The notes under the pieces: model-generated
What the model was told of the DNA's origin: nothing
The model's input: the letters and a program-made list of their open reading frames with translations, nothing else
Databases searched by the model: none
Assembly: GCA_910577055.1 (NCBI GenBank)
Contig: CAJTKX010000005.1
Location: 116,481 to 180,480, forward strand
Source of the DNA: an uncultured Christensenella sp.
Lineage (GTDB): Bacteria; Bacillota; Clostridia; Christensenellales; Borkfalkiaceae
DNA: 64,000 nt
Reading direction: 5' to 3'
Shown: positions 53,853 to 63,647 of the stretch, piece after piece
How positions within the stretch are numbered: the stretch's first letter is position 1
Layout: each line of letters opens with the position of its first letter
Position numbers and translations under genes: made by a program

Positions 53853-56326
53853 TGGCTAAAAAAGATTTTCAGACTTCTATTCCGCAAGGCAACGTGTATG
53901 TGCAAAGTATAGAAGAGGTTATGCCCGGCTCGATGCTGCCGTACGCAGAGTTCGTCATTTTGGACAGAGCTTTGCCGCGCGTAGAGGACGGCTTAAAACC
54001 CGTGCAAAGACGTATTTTGTATACAATGTACGAGATGGGTTTAACCCCCGACAAGCCGCATAAAAAATCGGCGCGTATCGTCGGCGACTGTATGGGTAAA
54101 TATCACCCGCACGGCGACAGCTCGGTTTACGACGCGATGGTTAGAATGGCGCAACCCTTTAATATGCGGTTGACCCTTGTTAACGGGCACGGAAACTTCG
54201 GCTCGGTAGACGGCGACCCCGCCGCGGCTATGAGATACACCGAGGCAAGGTTGGAGCCGCTTGCGTTGGAGCTTTTGAAGGATTTGGAAAAGGAAACAGT
54301 GCCCTTTTCATTCAACTTCGACGACAGTTTGTTGGAGCCGGATTTGTTGCCCGGGCATTATCCGAATCTTTTGGTTAACGGCGCAAACGGTATCGCCGTG
54401 GGACTTGCGACGAATATTCCCACGCATAACCTGGGGGAAGTAATCGAGGGCTGCTGCGCGTTTATCGACAAGCCGACTATGTCTTTAAACGAGATGATGA
54501 AGATTATCCCCGGACCCGACTTTTCCACGGGCGGGTACATCATTGCGAACGAACTTAAACAAGCTTATGAGACGGGCAAGGGCAAAATTACTTTGCGTGC
54601 GAAATACGCGGTTGAGCAAGGGGAGTACGGCAAGAAGCTTATTGTTATTACCGAGCTGCCATATCAGACAAACAAAGCCGACCTTTTGCGCAAAATTATG
54701 CTTCTTAAAGAGGACAAAAAGGAACTTTTGTCGGGCATAACGGAAATTGTAGACGAGAGTGACAGAACGGGTATGCGCGCCGTTATTGCCGTCAAGAAAG
54801 AGGCGGACGTAGACGCCGTTTTGAACGTGCTGTTTAAATATACCGATTTGGAGTGTACTTTCGGTATAAATATGGTTGCGATTGCGGGCGGCAAACCCAA
54901 GCAGTTGGGACTGTTGGAAATTATAAGACACTACGTTAACTATCAGCGGCAAGTGGTGGTAAGACGGTGCAAGTTCGAACTGAAAGAAGCCGAGGCGCGT
55001 TGCCATATTTTAGAAGGGCTTATTATCGGCGTGCACAACGTTGACGAGGTGGTCAGAATAATCAAGACCGCCGAAAACACGGGCGACGCGAGAAAGAAAT
55101 TGATGGAGAGGTTTTCTCTGTCCGAAAAGCAAGCGCAAGCTATTCTCGATTTGCGACTTGCAAGGCTTGCAAAGTTGGAAGTGACGAAGCTCGAAGACGA
55201 GCACGCCGCGCTTTTAAAGAAAATCGCTCGGTTGAAACGTATTCTCGGCGACAAGGACGAGCAGTGGAAAATCGTCAAAGAAGAGATGCGCGAGATTAAG
55301 GCGAAGTACAAGAGCGATAGGCGCACTCAGATTTTCGACAAGGCGGAGCAGATTTCCGTGCGCCGCGCCGACGTAAAGGTGTTTATACCTAATTGGACGG
55401 TGGCGATAACGGGCGCGGACAACTTGAAGTTTATGATACGCGAGGAGTTCGATACTCACTATAAAAAGAAGTTGAACGCAACGGCGAACCTCGGGGTTGT
55501 GTACAAGCAAGCGTTACACTGCACTAATGAGGAAACGATATACTGCTTTACTAACCGCGGCAACTGCGTGAAAATCGATTTGAACGAAACCGAGCCGCTC
55601 GATTACAGGGTGGCCGGAGTGAGAATAGAAAATATTTGCGACGGCGCGGAAAAGGGCGAATACCCCGTTGCGCTGTTTGCCGTGAAAGGCAAGCCCGAGG
55701 GCGAATTGATATTCTTTACGAAACAAGGCGCGGTAAAGCGGACTTTGTTCGAGGAGTTCGAGGCGGGCAGAAAGCTTACGCAAGCCTTTAAGCTTAAAAG
55801 CGGGGACGAGCTGTTGACCGTAGAAAGGTACGATGAGGACGAGTTCTCTACCATGCTTTTCGTTACCAAAAAGGCAATGTGTTTAAGCGCGGCTAAGGAC
55901 GACGTGCCCGTGCAAGGCAAGACTGCCGGCGGCGTAAAGGGAGTGGGGCTGAATACGGGCGACGAGGTTATATTTGCAACCCAACAAAACGGCGAGGGCG
56001 AAATTATTATAGTTACCACTTTGGGCGGCGTAAAGCGGGTTATTTCTTCCTTGTTCGAAACCTACAACCGCGGCGCAAAAGGCATTATGATTGCCGATAT
56101 TAAGGGCAAGGGCGAGGTGCTGTTCGCCGACTATGTGACAATGCCGTATAACCTTGCGTTCTATACGGCGCAGAGGGTTATGTTCGAGGTAGATAGCGAA
56201 ACGTTGCCCATTGAAAACAGAGTTTTCCGCGGAAAGCCGATAAAGGGAATTGAAAATATTGCGAAAGTTGTAGCAATGAAGTATAAATCCGAATATACGG
56301 ACGGCGCGGTACAGATTAAGTTTTGA
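53852..56326 (+). CDS. parC: type IIA topoisomerase A subunit, probably ParC (topoisomerase IV)
   Basis: [26 protein letters not shown] and [10 protein letters not shown] are ParC-like rather than GyrA-like (KPVHRR/SAVYDTIVRM). No canonical GyrA-box QRRGGKG is present. Confidence 0.65.
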   Translation: MAKKDFQTSIPQGNVYVQSIEEVMPGSMLPYAEFVILDRALPRVEDGLKPVQRRILYTMYEMGLTPDKPHKKSARIVGDCMGKYHPHGDSSVYDAMVRMAQPFNMRLTLVNGHGNFGSVDGDPAAAMRYTEARLEPLALELLKDLEKETVPFSFNFDDSLLEPDLLPGHYPNLLVNGANGIAVGLATNIPTHNLGEVIEGCCAFIDKPTMSLNEMMKIIPGPDFSTGGYIIANELKQAYETGKGKITLRAKYAVEQGEYGKKLIVITELPYQTNKADLLRKIMLLKEDKKELLSGITEIVDESDRTGMRAVIAVKKEADVDAVLNVLFKYTDLECTFGINMVAIAGGKPKQLGLLEIIRHYVNYQRQVVVRRCKFELKEAEARCHILEGLIIGVHNVDEVVRIIKTAENTGDARKKLMERFSLSEKQAQAILDLRLARLAKLEVTKLEDEHAALLKKIARLKRILGDKDEQWKIVKEEMREIKAKYKSDRRTQIFDKAEQISVRRADVKVFIPNWTVAITGADNLKFMIREEFDTHYKKKLNATANLGVVYKQALHCTNEETIYCFTNRGNCVKIDLNETEPLDYRVAGVRIENICDGAEKGEYPVALFAVKGKPEGELIFFTKQGAVKRTLFEEFEAGRKLTQAFKLKSGDELLTVERYDEDEFSTMLFVTKKAMCLSAAKDDVPVQGKTAGGVKGVGLNTGDEVIFATQQNGEGEIIIVTTLGGVKRVISSLFETYNRGAKGIMIADIKGKGEVLFADYVTMPYNLAFYTAQRVMFEVDSETLPIENRVFRGKPIKGIENIAKVVAMKYKSEYTDGAVQIKF

Positions 56327-56362
56327 TTTAAGCGTTAATAATACTTTGCGCGGGAGAAAACT

Positions 56363-57313
56363 ATGAAAAACAATGACGAAAAAATAAAACGCAAGAAAAA
56401 AGTTAAAGAAAGGGCAAAAAAATTGGGACCCGTGAAGCTTACTGTGCTGATATTGCTTGCAATAGGCACGGTTTGCTCGTTCGTATTTTACGATTATATT
56501 TTCGGGGCGGATACGGTGTTTACCGCGGAATACGGCTCTGACTTTGTAAACGGGCTAATGGGAGCTATACCGAAAATTATAAGCTGCGTGCAGATTATAA
56601 CCATTACTTGCATTATAACTACGGGTATTTTGTTTGCTATTTCGCGCATATTTACCAAGTCACGCCGCAGCATCACGGTTGCGCGGCTGTGCTGTAACCT
56701 TATAAAATGGGTGGTGGCGATAATTCTGTTAATCGTTGTTTTGGCGGTTTGGGGCGTGGACACAACCGCGCTTATAACGGGCGCGGGAGTGCTTACATTG
56801 GTTGTAGGTTTAGGTATGCAAAGCCTTATCGCTGACGTGGTTGCGGGGCTGTTTATAGTTTTTGAAAACGAGTTCAATATAGGAGATATAATAACGGTTG
56901 ACGGTTTCCGCGGCGAAGTGGTGGAAATGGGTATCCGCACGACAAAGTTGAAGGCGGAAGGAAACTTCAAAATTTTCAACAACAGCGATTTAAGAAAGAT
57001 TTTAAACCAAACCGCAGAGCCGTCGGTTGCCAAGGCGTATATCGATATAGAGTACAGCGCAGATTTGGGGAAAGTGGAAAAAATCATTGAACGCTGCTTG
57101 CACGAAATTAAGATTGAAGGCGCAGTGGAGGGAGTAACTTACAACGGCGTTAATTCCCTTGGCGCGTCGGGCGTACAGTTGTATTTTTCCGTCAAGTGCA
57201 ACGAGGGCGATATATTCTCGGTACAGCGCGCGTTGAACGGCGAACTGAAAAATATGTTCGATAAAAACGGCATAAATATTCCGTTCAATCAAATCGTTGT
57301 GCATAATTCTTAG
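56363..57313 (+). CDS. mechanosensitive ion channel family protein (MscS-like)
   Basis: The TM3 pore helix is GVLTLVVGLGMQSLIADVVAGLFIVFE, followed by a beta domain. Confidence 0.8.
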   Translation: MKNNDEKIKRKKKVKERAKKLGPVKLTVLILLAIGTVCSFVFYDYIFGADTVFTAEYGSDFVNGLMGAIPKIISCVQIITITCIITTGILFAISRIFTKSRRSITVARLCCNLIKWVVAIILLIVVLAVWGVDTTALITGAGVLTLVVGLGMQSLIADVVAGLFIVFENEFNIGDIITVDGFRGEVVEMGIRTTKLKAEGNFKIFNNSDLRKILNQTAEPSVAKAYIDIEYSADLGKVEKIIERCLHEIKIEGAVEGVTYNGVNSLGASGVQLYFSVKCNEGDIFSVQRALNGELKNMFDKNGINIPFNQIVVHNS

Positions 57314-57332
57314 ATTTAAAAATTTTTAAAAT

Positions 57333-57360
57333 GCGCCCGCGGACAAGTGTCCGCGGGCGC
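57333..57360. terminator. palindromic hairpin/terminator, copy 1 (gcgcccgcggaca-ag-tgtccgcgggcgc)
   Basis: It is a perfect 13-bp stem followed by a T-rich stretch. Confidence 0.7.
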
Positions 57361-57426
57361 TTATGTTTGATTTGTGATATGCGGTATTACGCAAACGTAT
57401 TTAAGATACGCGGTTAAACGGGACGC

Positions 57427-57696
57427 TTATTCGCTGTCAAGCGACAATATTTTTACAATATCGTCAAGGCGGTTTTTTATTGCGTGTATGTCTTTTATGA
57501 TATCGTTTTTCCGCTCGGCAATAAGCGCGGATTTATCTTCCCAAAATTCGCAATTAACGCGTTCGGTAAAATGACCCTTTCTAATGTGCGAATAAACTTC
57601 ATCGTGAATGCAGTGCCCGCCCGACTTTGAAAGTCTGCCGTGGAATATGGTGTAGTAACAATTAAAATATTTGCAGTTTCCGCATTTGTTTTCCAT
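57427..57696 (-). CDS. small Cys/His-rich protein (putative zinc-binding) with C-terminal helical tail
   Basis: The 89-aa ORF has C5, C8, C13, H19, H28-C29-x-H31 and C49. It is divergent from the XRE gene. Confidence 0.45.
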   Translation of the reverse strand: MENKCGNCKYFNCYYTIFHGRLSKSGGHCIHDEVYSHIRKGHFTERVNCEFWEDKSALIAERKNDIIKDIHAIKNRLDDIVKILSLDSE

Positions 57697-57778
57697 ATGT
57701 TTATCTCCTAAAATATATTATATACCCCAAGTTGGGGTAAGTCAACAAATTTACTGCAAAATGAAGTAAAATAATATT

Positions 57779-57982
57779 ATGAAAATATTTTCGGAAAAAT
57801 TAAAGCAATTAAGAATAGAAAACGGCTTAAATCAAACACAGTTGGGACAAGTGCTTTCTGTTGACCAAAGGACAATAAGTAATTGGGAAAACGCGATACG
57901 CGAACCTAATTATGATATGCTTTTAAAGATTTCGGATTATTTTGAAGTAAGTACTGATTTTCTTTTGGGTAAAGTTGATTAA
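57779..57982 (+). CDS. XRE-family helix-turn-helix transcriptional regulator
   Basis: LKQLRIENGLNQTQLGQVLSVDQRTISNWEN, 67 aa. Confidence 0.8.
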   Translation: MKIFSEKLKQLRIENGLNQTQLGQVLSVDQRTISNWENAIREPNYDMLLKISDYFEVSTDFLLGKVD

Positions 57983-57986
57983 AAGT

Positions 57987-58014
57987 GTGCCCGCGGACAT
58001 TTGTCCGCGGGCAC
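57987..58014. terminator. palindromic hairpin/terminator, copy 2 (gtgcccgcggaca-tt-tgtccgcgggcac)
   Basis: It is a near-identical copy of the 57333 hairpin, with a compensatory C/T : G/A change. It is followed by attcttattttt. Confidence 0.7.
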
Positions 58015-58034
58015 ATTCTTATTTTTAAACATAT

Positions 58035-59471
58035 TTATTTCTTTTCATTTTTGTCGGTTTTGGGCTTTTTGGTTTCCTTGGGCTCTTCCGCGCTTTCGGG
58101 CGCGATTATTTTGGGCATCTTCAAGCCCGCCATTCCGTATAAATCGTCAAGTGGAGGCAGTGATTTAAGCATTCCCGAAAGGAAATTCGCCGTAGCCGTT
58201 TTGCCCTCGGCGTTCTGTCCGCCGTCCCAAACGGTAACCTTGTCGATTTTGATATTCTTGATTGCCTCTACTTGTTTTGCAACAAGTTCTTCAAGCTTGT
58301 CGGCTATCATAAGGCGAACGGCTTCGTCCGCGCTGCCCGCGGCAACAACAAGCTTTTGCATACCTTCGGCTTGTTTCGACAAGGTTTGCAATAAGCCGCG
58401 CGCTTCGGCTTCCATTCTTGCATAAATTGCGTCAGCCTCACCTTTTGCGCGGCGGCGGATATTTTCAGCTTCCGCGTCGGCTTCGATTTCGATTTTTCTC
58501 TTTTCGATTTCGGACGCGACGATGACGTCGGCCTCTTTTGTAGCCTTTTCACGGGAGGCACGCGCAATTTCCGCAGCTTGTTCTGCCGCATAGCTTTCTT
58601 CTTTTGCCTTTGCGGCTTGAACGTTTTCGGCTGTTACCGCAAGCTTCATGGCCTCTGCCTCGCGTTGGCGGAGGGTCGCTTTGGACTGTGCGATGTCCGC
58701 TTTTGCCTTGTTTTCACCCTCGATTGCTTTACTTTCAGCTTCGGCAACGCTGATACGCTGTAACATTTTAGCGTTCGCTTCACCTATTGCGCCTTTCTTA
58801 TCCTCTTCGGCAACCGAAATTTTTGCGTCGTTTATAGCTTTTGCGGCGGCTTCCTTACCGAGCGCAGCTATGTATCCCGATTCATCTGAAATGTCGGTCA
58901 TATTGACGTTGATTAATTTGAGTCCGAGTTTTTTAAGCTCGCCCTCGACGTTCCTGGAAATCGCTTCAAGGAATTTATCGCGGTCGGTGTTAATCTCCTC
59001 GATATCCATTGTTGCGATAACCAAACGCAGCTGTCCGAAAATTACGTCCTTTGCAAGCTCGGATATCTGTTTAAGCTGTAAACCCAAAAGCCTTTCTGCG
59101 GCGTTCTGCATAATTGCGGGGTCGGTCGATACGCCGACGGTGAATACAGAGGGTACGTCTATACGGATATTTTGCTTTGACAAAGCGTTTTTAAGGTCTA
59201 CCGAAATGGAAAGGGGGGTTAAGTCAAGAAAAGTGTAGGATTGGAAGAAAGGCACTACAAGCGCCGCGCCGCCGTGAATACACTTTGCGCTGCGACCCGT
59301 GCCGTCCTTGTTCTTCGAAATCTTACCGTAAATAACCATTACTTTATCGGACGGACATTTCTTGTACCGTACAAGGCACACAAGTAAAAGCATTATAAGC
59401 ACAAGCCCTACGACTATGCCGCATACGATACCTATCGTTGCGCCCGTGCCCATAGCCAACAGATTTTTCAT
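58035..59471 (-). CDS. flotillin family protein (SPFH domain, FloT/YuaG-like)
   Basis: It has an N-terminal TM, an SPFH domain, and an extended EA-rich coiled coil. Length is 478 aa. Confidence 0.85.
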   Translation of the reverse strand: MKNLLAMGTGATIGIVCGIVVGLVLIMLLLVCLVRYKKCPSDKVMVIYGKISKNKDGTGRSAKCIHGGAALVVPFFQSYTFLDLTPLSISVDLKNALSKQNIRIDVPSVFTVGVSTDPAIMQNAAERLLGLQLKQISELAKDVIFGQLRLVIATMDIEEINTDRDKFLEAISRNVEGELKKLGLKLINVNMTDISDESGYIAALGKEAAAKAINDAKISVAEEDKKGAIGEANAKMLQRISVAEAESKAIEGENKAKADIAQSKATLRQREAEAMKLAVTAENVQAAKAKEESYAAEQAAEIARASREKATKEADVIVASEIEKRKIEIEADAEAENIRRRAKGEADAIYARMEAEARGLLQTLSKQAEGMQKLVVAAGSADEAVRLMIADKLEELVAKQVEAIKNIKIDKVTVWDGGQNAEGKTATANFLSGMLKSLPPLDDLYGMAGLKMPKIIAPESAEEPKETKKPKTDKNEKK

Positions 59472-59527
59472 TTTTATTTTCTCCTTAAAATTTTATTTTT
59501 AAATAAGGTGGCATAGCCACTGCTTTT

Positions 59528-60136
59528 TTATTCGCCGTCAACGGGCGTAATATTTTCCGTTTTTTCAACTGCGCGGACAATCATACATTCGCTTTCCGTC
59601 GCTATTATTTCAACGGGGTCGTCAACGGTCAGCCTATCGCCGTCCGTCATTGCGTCAAGCTCCATAAACTTGCCTTGCGCGTTCATTGTTATTTTGCCCC
59701 GTCCCGAACGCTTTTCGGGAACGGATACATAAACGGTTGCGCGTTTGCCTATTAATTTTTCGGGCTGAAAGGTGCCGTTGGACTGCATTTTATACAAAAA
59801 CCGCATAAGCAGTACAACCACCGCGAACGCCGCCGCGCCCGCAACAAGCGCGACGATTACCGAAACCCATTGAAGATTTTCGGCGATAAGCGCGCACGTC
59901 AAAAGTCCCGCCCAACTGCCTACTGCGAAGAACGCGGTCAAACTTTTTACGGTAAATATCGATACGCCCGAATCGGTGTCGATATCGATATCTCCGTCGC
60001 CGTCCAAATCCACGTCGCCGCCGTAGGAAGTAAAACACAGCATGACTATCTGTATTATCAAAAATACGGTTGAAATTACGCCGAGCCAAAAATAAATCTG
60101 CTCTAATACGCTTAGACCGCCGTACCATTCTATCAT
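59528..60136 (-). CDS. NfeD-family membrane protein (YuaF-like), flotillin operon partner
   Basis: TM helices precede a C-terminal OB-fold domain. It lies upstream of the flotillin gene on the same strand. Confidence 0.7.
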   Translation of the reverse strand: MIEWYGGLSVLEQIYFWLGVISTVFLIIQIVMLCFTSYGGDVDLDGDGDIDIDTDSGVSIFTVKSLTAFFAVGSWAGLLTCALIAENLQWVSVIVALVAGAAAFAVVVLLMRFLYKMQSNGTFQPEKLIGKRATVYVSVPEKRSGRGKITMNAQGKFMELDAMTDGDRLTVDDPVEIIATESECMIVRAVEKTENITPVDGE

Positions 60137-60386
60137 ATTACGAAACCTCCTACAATATATTTATAAACCGTGCAAGCGGCTGTAAAACATAAATTCGATA
60201 AATTTTTATCGATTATTTTCGTACCGTAAATATTTTATCATATTTATATATAATAGTCAATTATGTTGAAAAAGCTTACCGTTGACAAAAAATGGGGGAC
60301 GGTTGGCGATATGCGAATATGAATAGGTGCACAGTTGCATAATTGCGCGATTGACACGAACCGCGCAAAAATGTTACAATTCGGGT

Positions 60387-61760
60387 ATGGAAAATATTTC
60401 TGAAACAGTCGCGCGGCAACGTGAGTTTTTTGCGGCCGGCGGCACTTTTGACGTGATTGAACGCAAGCGGCGGCTTAAAGCCCTTTACGCGGCGATTAAA
60501 GCCAATCTGCCCGCTTTGCACGATGGGCTTGAAAAGGATTTGGGCAAAAGCAGAACCGAAAGCTTTATGTGCGAAACGGGCTTGGTTTTAAGCGAGCTTT
60601 CGTATATGATTAAGCATATTAAAAGGTTTGCAAAGCCGCAAAGGGTTAAAACTCCGCTTGCGCAAGCGGTTTCCAAAAGCTACCGTTTGCCGTCGCCGTA
60701 CGGTACCGTGCTTATAATGAACCCATGGAATTATCCCGTGCTGTTATCCTTAGACCCGTTGATTGACGCGGTTGCCGCGGGCAACACGGTTGTGTTGAAA
60801 CTAAGCTCATATTCGCCGAATTCGAACGCGGCAATAAAAAAGGTGATTGAAGAGGTGTTTCCGCCAGAATACGTCGCCGTGCTTTTCGGCGGAGCCGAGG
60901 TCAACAAGGAATTGTTGGAAACGGAGTTCGACTATATTTTCTTTACGGGCAGTAAGCGGGTCGGAAAGCTTGTGTACGAGAGGGCTGCCGAGCGGCTTAC
61001 GCCCGTCACCTTGGAGTTGGGCGGCAAGAGCCCGTGCATTGTGGACGAAACTGCCGATATTCCGCTTGCGGCAAAGCGCATTGTGTGGGGGAAGTTTTTG
61101 AACCTTGGGCAGACTTGCGTTGCGCCCGATTATATTTATTGTGCGGAGGCGGCGCACGACAAGCTTGTTGCCGAAATAAAAAAGCAAATCGTTGCGCAGT
61201 TCGGCAAGGAGCCGCTTGAAAACCCCGCGTACGGTAAGATGATTAACGAAAAGCATTTTACACGGGTGTGCGGGCTTATAGATGAAAATAAGGTCATATG
61301 CGGAGGTAAGAGGGACGAGCGGAAATTGAAAATAGAGCCGACGGTGTTGGACGGGGTGACTTGTGGTGACGCCGTTATGCAAGAAGAAATTTTCGGACCC
61401 GTGTTGCCGGTGTTGACCTACCGCGACGAGAACGAAGCGTTGAAATATATAAAAGAAAACGACGCGCCCCTTGCGCTGTATATTTTCTCGTCCGATAAGC
61501 AGAGAATTAAAAAGTTTACCGCGGAGATAGGCTTCGGAGGCGGTTGCGTGAACGACGTCGTTATACACCTTGCCACTCCGTATATGCCGTTCGGCGGATT
61601 CGGGGCGAGCGGGATTGGAGCATATCACGGGGAAGCCGGATTCGATACCTTTACGCACTACAAAAGCGTAGTTAAAAAGTCAACGATAATCGATTTGCCT
61701 ATGCGGTATCAGCCGTATAAAAAGTCAAACGAAAAGTTGATTAAAAAGTTTTTGCGGTGA
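60387..61760 (+). CDS. aldehyde dehydrogenase family protein (ALDH3-like)
   Basis: ELGGKSP, a catalytic Cys in GQTCVAPDY and EIFGPVLPV are present. The start at MENIS is directly preceded by a TGTTACAAT -10-like element, so the mRNA may be leaderless. Confidence 0.8.
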   Translation: MENISETVARQREFFAAGGTFDVIERKRRLKALYAAIKANLPALHDGLEKDLGKSRTESFMCETGLVLSELSYMIKHIKRFAKPQRVKTPLAQAVSKSYRLPSPYGTVLIMNPWNYPVLLSLDPLIDAVAAGNTVVLKLSSYSPNSNAAIKKVIEEVFPPEYVAVLFGGAEVNKELLETEFDYIFFTGSKRVGKLVYERAAERLTPVTLELGGKSPCIVDETADIPLAAKRIVWGKFLNLGQTCVAPDYIYCAEAAHDKLVAEIKKQIVAQFGKEPLENPAYGKMINEKHFTRVCGLIDENKVICGGKRDERKLKIEPTVLDGVTCGDAVMQEEIFGPVLPVLTYRDENEALKYIKENDAPLALYIFSSDKQRIKKFTAEIGFGGGCVNDVVIHLATPYMPFGGFGASGIGAYHGEAGFDTFTHYKSVVKKSTIIDLPMRYQPYKKSNEKLIKKFLR

Positions 61761-61795
61761 CGGGCAGATATATTTAAATTTCTTTCGAGCATGAA

Positions 61796-61832
61796 AAAAG
61801 TCGAGCCGATTTTACTTCGGCTCGACTTGATT
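61796..61832 (+). terminator. rho-independent terminator after ALDH gene
   Basis: The stem agtcgagccga...tcggctcgact is followed by tgattttt. Confidence 0.7.
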
Positions 61833-61876
61833 TTTGCAGGGTGTGCTAAAACGGGTTTTTTAATATTCTTAGTATT

Positions 61877-62398
61877 TTACTGTTTGGCGGATAATTCAAT
61901 GTCTATATTGTAATCTTTATCAATCAAAACGTATTCCAAACCGTACTTTTTGCATAGCTGCAAATTTTGCTTATTTTCCGATATCAATTCGGTTTTATTT
62001 ATGTCGGTTGTAAGTCGGGTTTCGATTATGCTTTCATACTTCAAAATATCTGAAAAGTTGTTTTCTATATATTCTTCGGTCATTATAAGACAGTAAAACT
62101 TTATTTCGGATATGTAGCTTTCGTTGAAATCTTTTTGCCAATCGAACGGGATATAACAGCCTTCTATGATAAGATTTTGCTTATTTTCTATCGCCGTTTT
62201 TATCATTTCTTTCACAATCGACCAAAGATACGGCGTCAACTCTCTGTCGTCGTTTACAGTGAGTGGGGTTTTGCCGCTGCGGATTAGTCCCATTTTTAAA
62301 TGGTCGATAGAGAAATACGGAATTTTATATTTTTCCATTAGCCGTTGCGATAAAGCGGTTTTTCCCGTATGAGTTGTGCCCGAAATTAAAATTATCAT
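61877..62398 (-). CDS. P-loop NTPase, predicted small-molecule/nucleotide kinase (2-phosphoglycerate-kinase-like)
   Basis: A Walker A ISGTTHTGKT is present. The 173-aa gene has low GC. Confidence 0.55.
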   Translation of the reverse strand: MIILISGTTHTGKTALSQRLMEKYKIPYFSIDHLKMGLIRSGKTPLTVNDDRELTPYLWSIVKEMIKTAIENKQNLIIEGCYIPFDWQKDFNESYISEIKFYCLIMTEEYIENNFSDILKYESIIETRLTTDINKTELISENKQNLQLCKKYGLEYVLIDKDYNIDIELSAKQ

Positions 62399-62468
62399 AA
62401 AAATATTGTATCACAATGCTTCTTGGTTTTCAACCGTATATCATATCGCAATAGGGTTTTGCTGCTGC

Positions 62469-62480
62469 GGGGGGGGGGGG
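62469..62480 (+). repeat. homopolymeric G12 tract
   Basis: The context is gctgctgcGGGGGGGGGGGGtgagg, ~70 nt upstream of the P-loop kinase start and downstream of the integrase gene. Confidence 0.9.
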
Positions 62481-62668
62481 TGAGGTAACGAGCGATAGGG
62501 CGGCGATTTTAGTATCGCCTCCGCGTTATATACAAACAAAAAAATCAGCCTAACCGAATATTTTGTGAAATATTCGAATTAGACTGAGATTGGTGACCTC
62601 AACAGAAATGAATCCGAACCCTTGCAAATGTATAATTGGCGTTATTTCTATATTGGCGGTAAAATTTA

Positions 62669-63553
62669 TTAAAGTTTATTTCTGTAATTGAATTTCTTTA
62701 AAACTTGCTTTTTACGTGCAGTTGTGACCTCAGTATAAATTTGAGTAGTGGCGACGCTTGCATGACCAAGTATTTCCTGCACAGAACGTAGGTCTGCACC
62801 GTTTGCTAGTAAGTTTGTAGCAAAAGTATGGCGCAGATAGTGCGGAGTAGACTTCGTGTTAATCTGAGCCTTTTTAATGTATTTTTTATAAATGTCCTCA
62901 ATCCCATGAATTGACAGCGGATTTCCGTAACGGTTTACAAATAAGTAATTGTTGTTTGATTTTTTACGCTCTTTTATCAGTATTTTAATCCTTTCCCAAG
63001 TAATGGGAGAGGATATATATATTAAGCGCTGCTTACGTCCTTTTCCATGAATAAGAATTGTATGTTCTGGACTTATTATATCGGCTAATGTTATTGTAGC
63101 GGCTTCGCCTATCCGAATACCCGTGCTTATTAACAAGTCTAAAAGTGCGGCATCGCGTACGAATGTGCTTTTTGCGAACGGTGAGAGGTGGTTATAATCT
63201 TTACTTAGACAGTCAAGTATTTTTGTAATATCTTTTATTGGAAGTGTTTTAGGCAGTTTATGTTCTTGCTTGAAGCGGAATTTCAACTTTGTAAAGGGAG
63301 AAAAGGTAATTATATTTTCGTTATATAAGTAATCGTAAAAATTTTTTAGGCTGATGATTTTTCTTCGTATGGAAGTATCTTTAAGTTTTAAATCGGTATT
63401 AAGAAATGCGATAAAACCGCAAATGTCGGGAGAGAGTATTGCTCTTTCAAAATTAAAAAACTGCTTCAAATCGCTGGTATAGGCTTTTAAGGTTTTATTA
63501 GATAGATTTTTTGTGGCATGTAAATAATTGATAAATTTCAATAAATAGTCCAT
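62669..63553 (-). CDS. tyrosine-type site-specific recombinase/integrase (XerC/XerD-like fold)
   Basis: R (GIRIGEA), K (HGKGRKQR), HxxR (HYLRHTF), H (LGHAS) and Y (QIYTE) are present. The likely start is MDYLLKF at 63553, preceded by GGAGAA. The ORF's further N-terminal extension to 63736 is probably untranslated. GC is very low (~30%). Confidence 0.8.
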   Translation of the reverse strand: MDYLLKFINYLHATKNLSNKTLKAYTSDLKQFFNFERAILSPDICGFIAFLNTDLKLKDTSIRRKIISLKNFYDYLYNENIITFSPFTKLKFRFKQEHKLPKTLPIKDITKILDCLSKDYNHLSPFAKSTFVRDAALLDLLISTGIRIGEAATITLADIISPEHTILIHGKGRKQRLIYISSPITWERIKILIKERKKSNNNYLFVNRYGNPLSIHGIEDIYKKYIKKAQINTKSTPHYLRHTFATNLLANGADLRSVQEILGHASVATTQIYTEVTTARKKQVLKKFNYRNKL

Positions 63554-63647
63554 AAATTCTCCATATTTTTTTGATTTGCTATTGAAAATTATATCAAAAT
63601 ATGGTAAAATTTGGTAAAAATAACTAACTATTATTTGAGGGAAATTT

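Noticed and set aside
51777-56326. A call of gyrB/gyrA for the adjacent type IIA topoisomerase genes.
   Set aside because: The A subunit has ParC-type signatures ([15 protein letters not shown]) and lacks a clear GyrA-box. The locus is not next to dnaA/dnaN/recF. ParE/ParC was preferred, with residual uncertainty.
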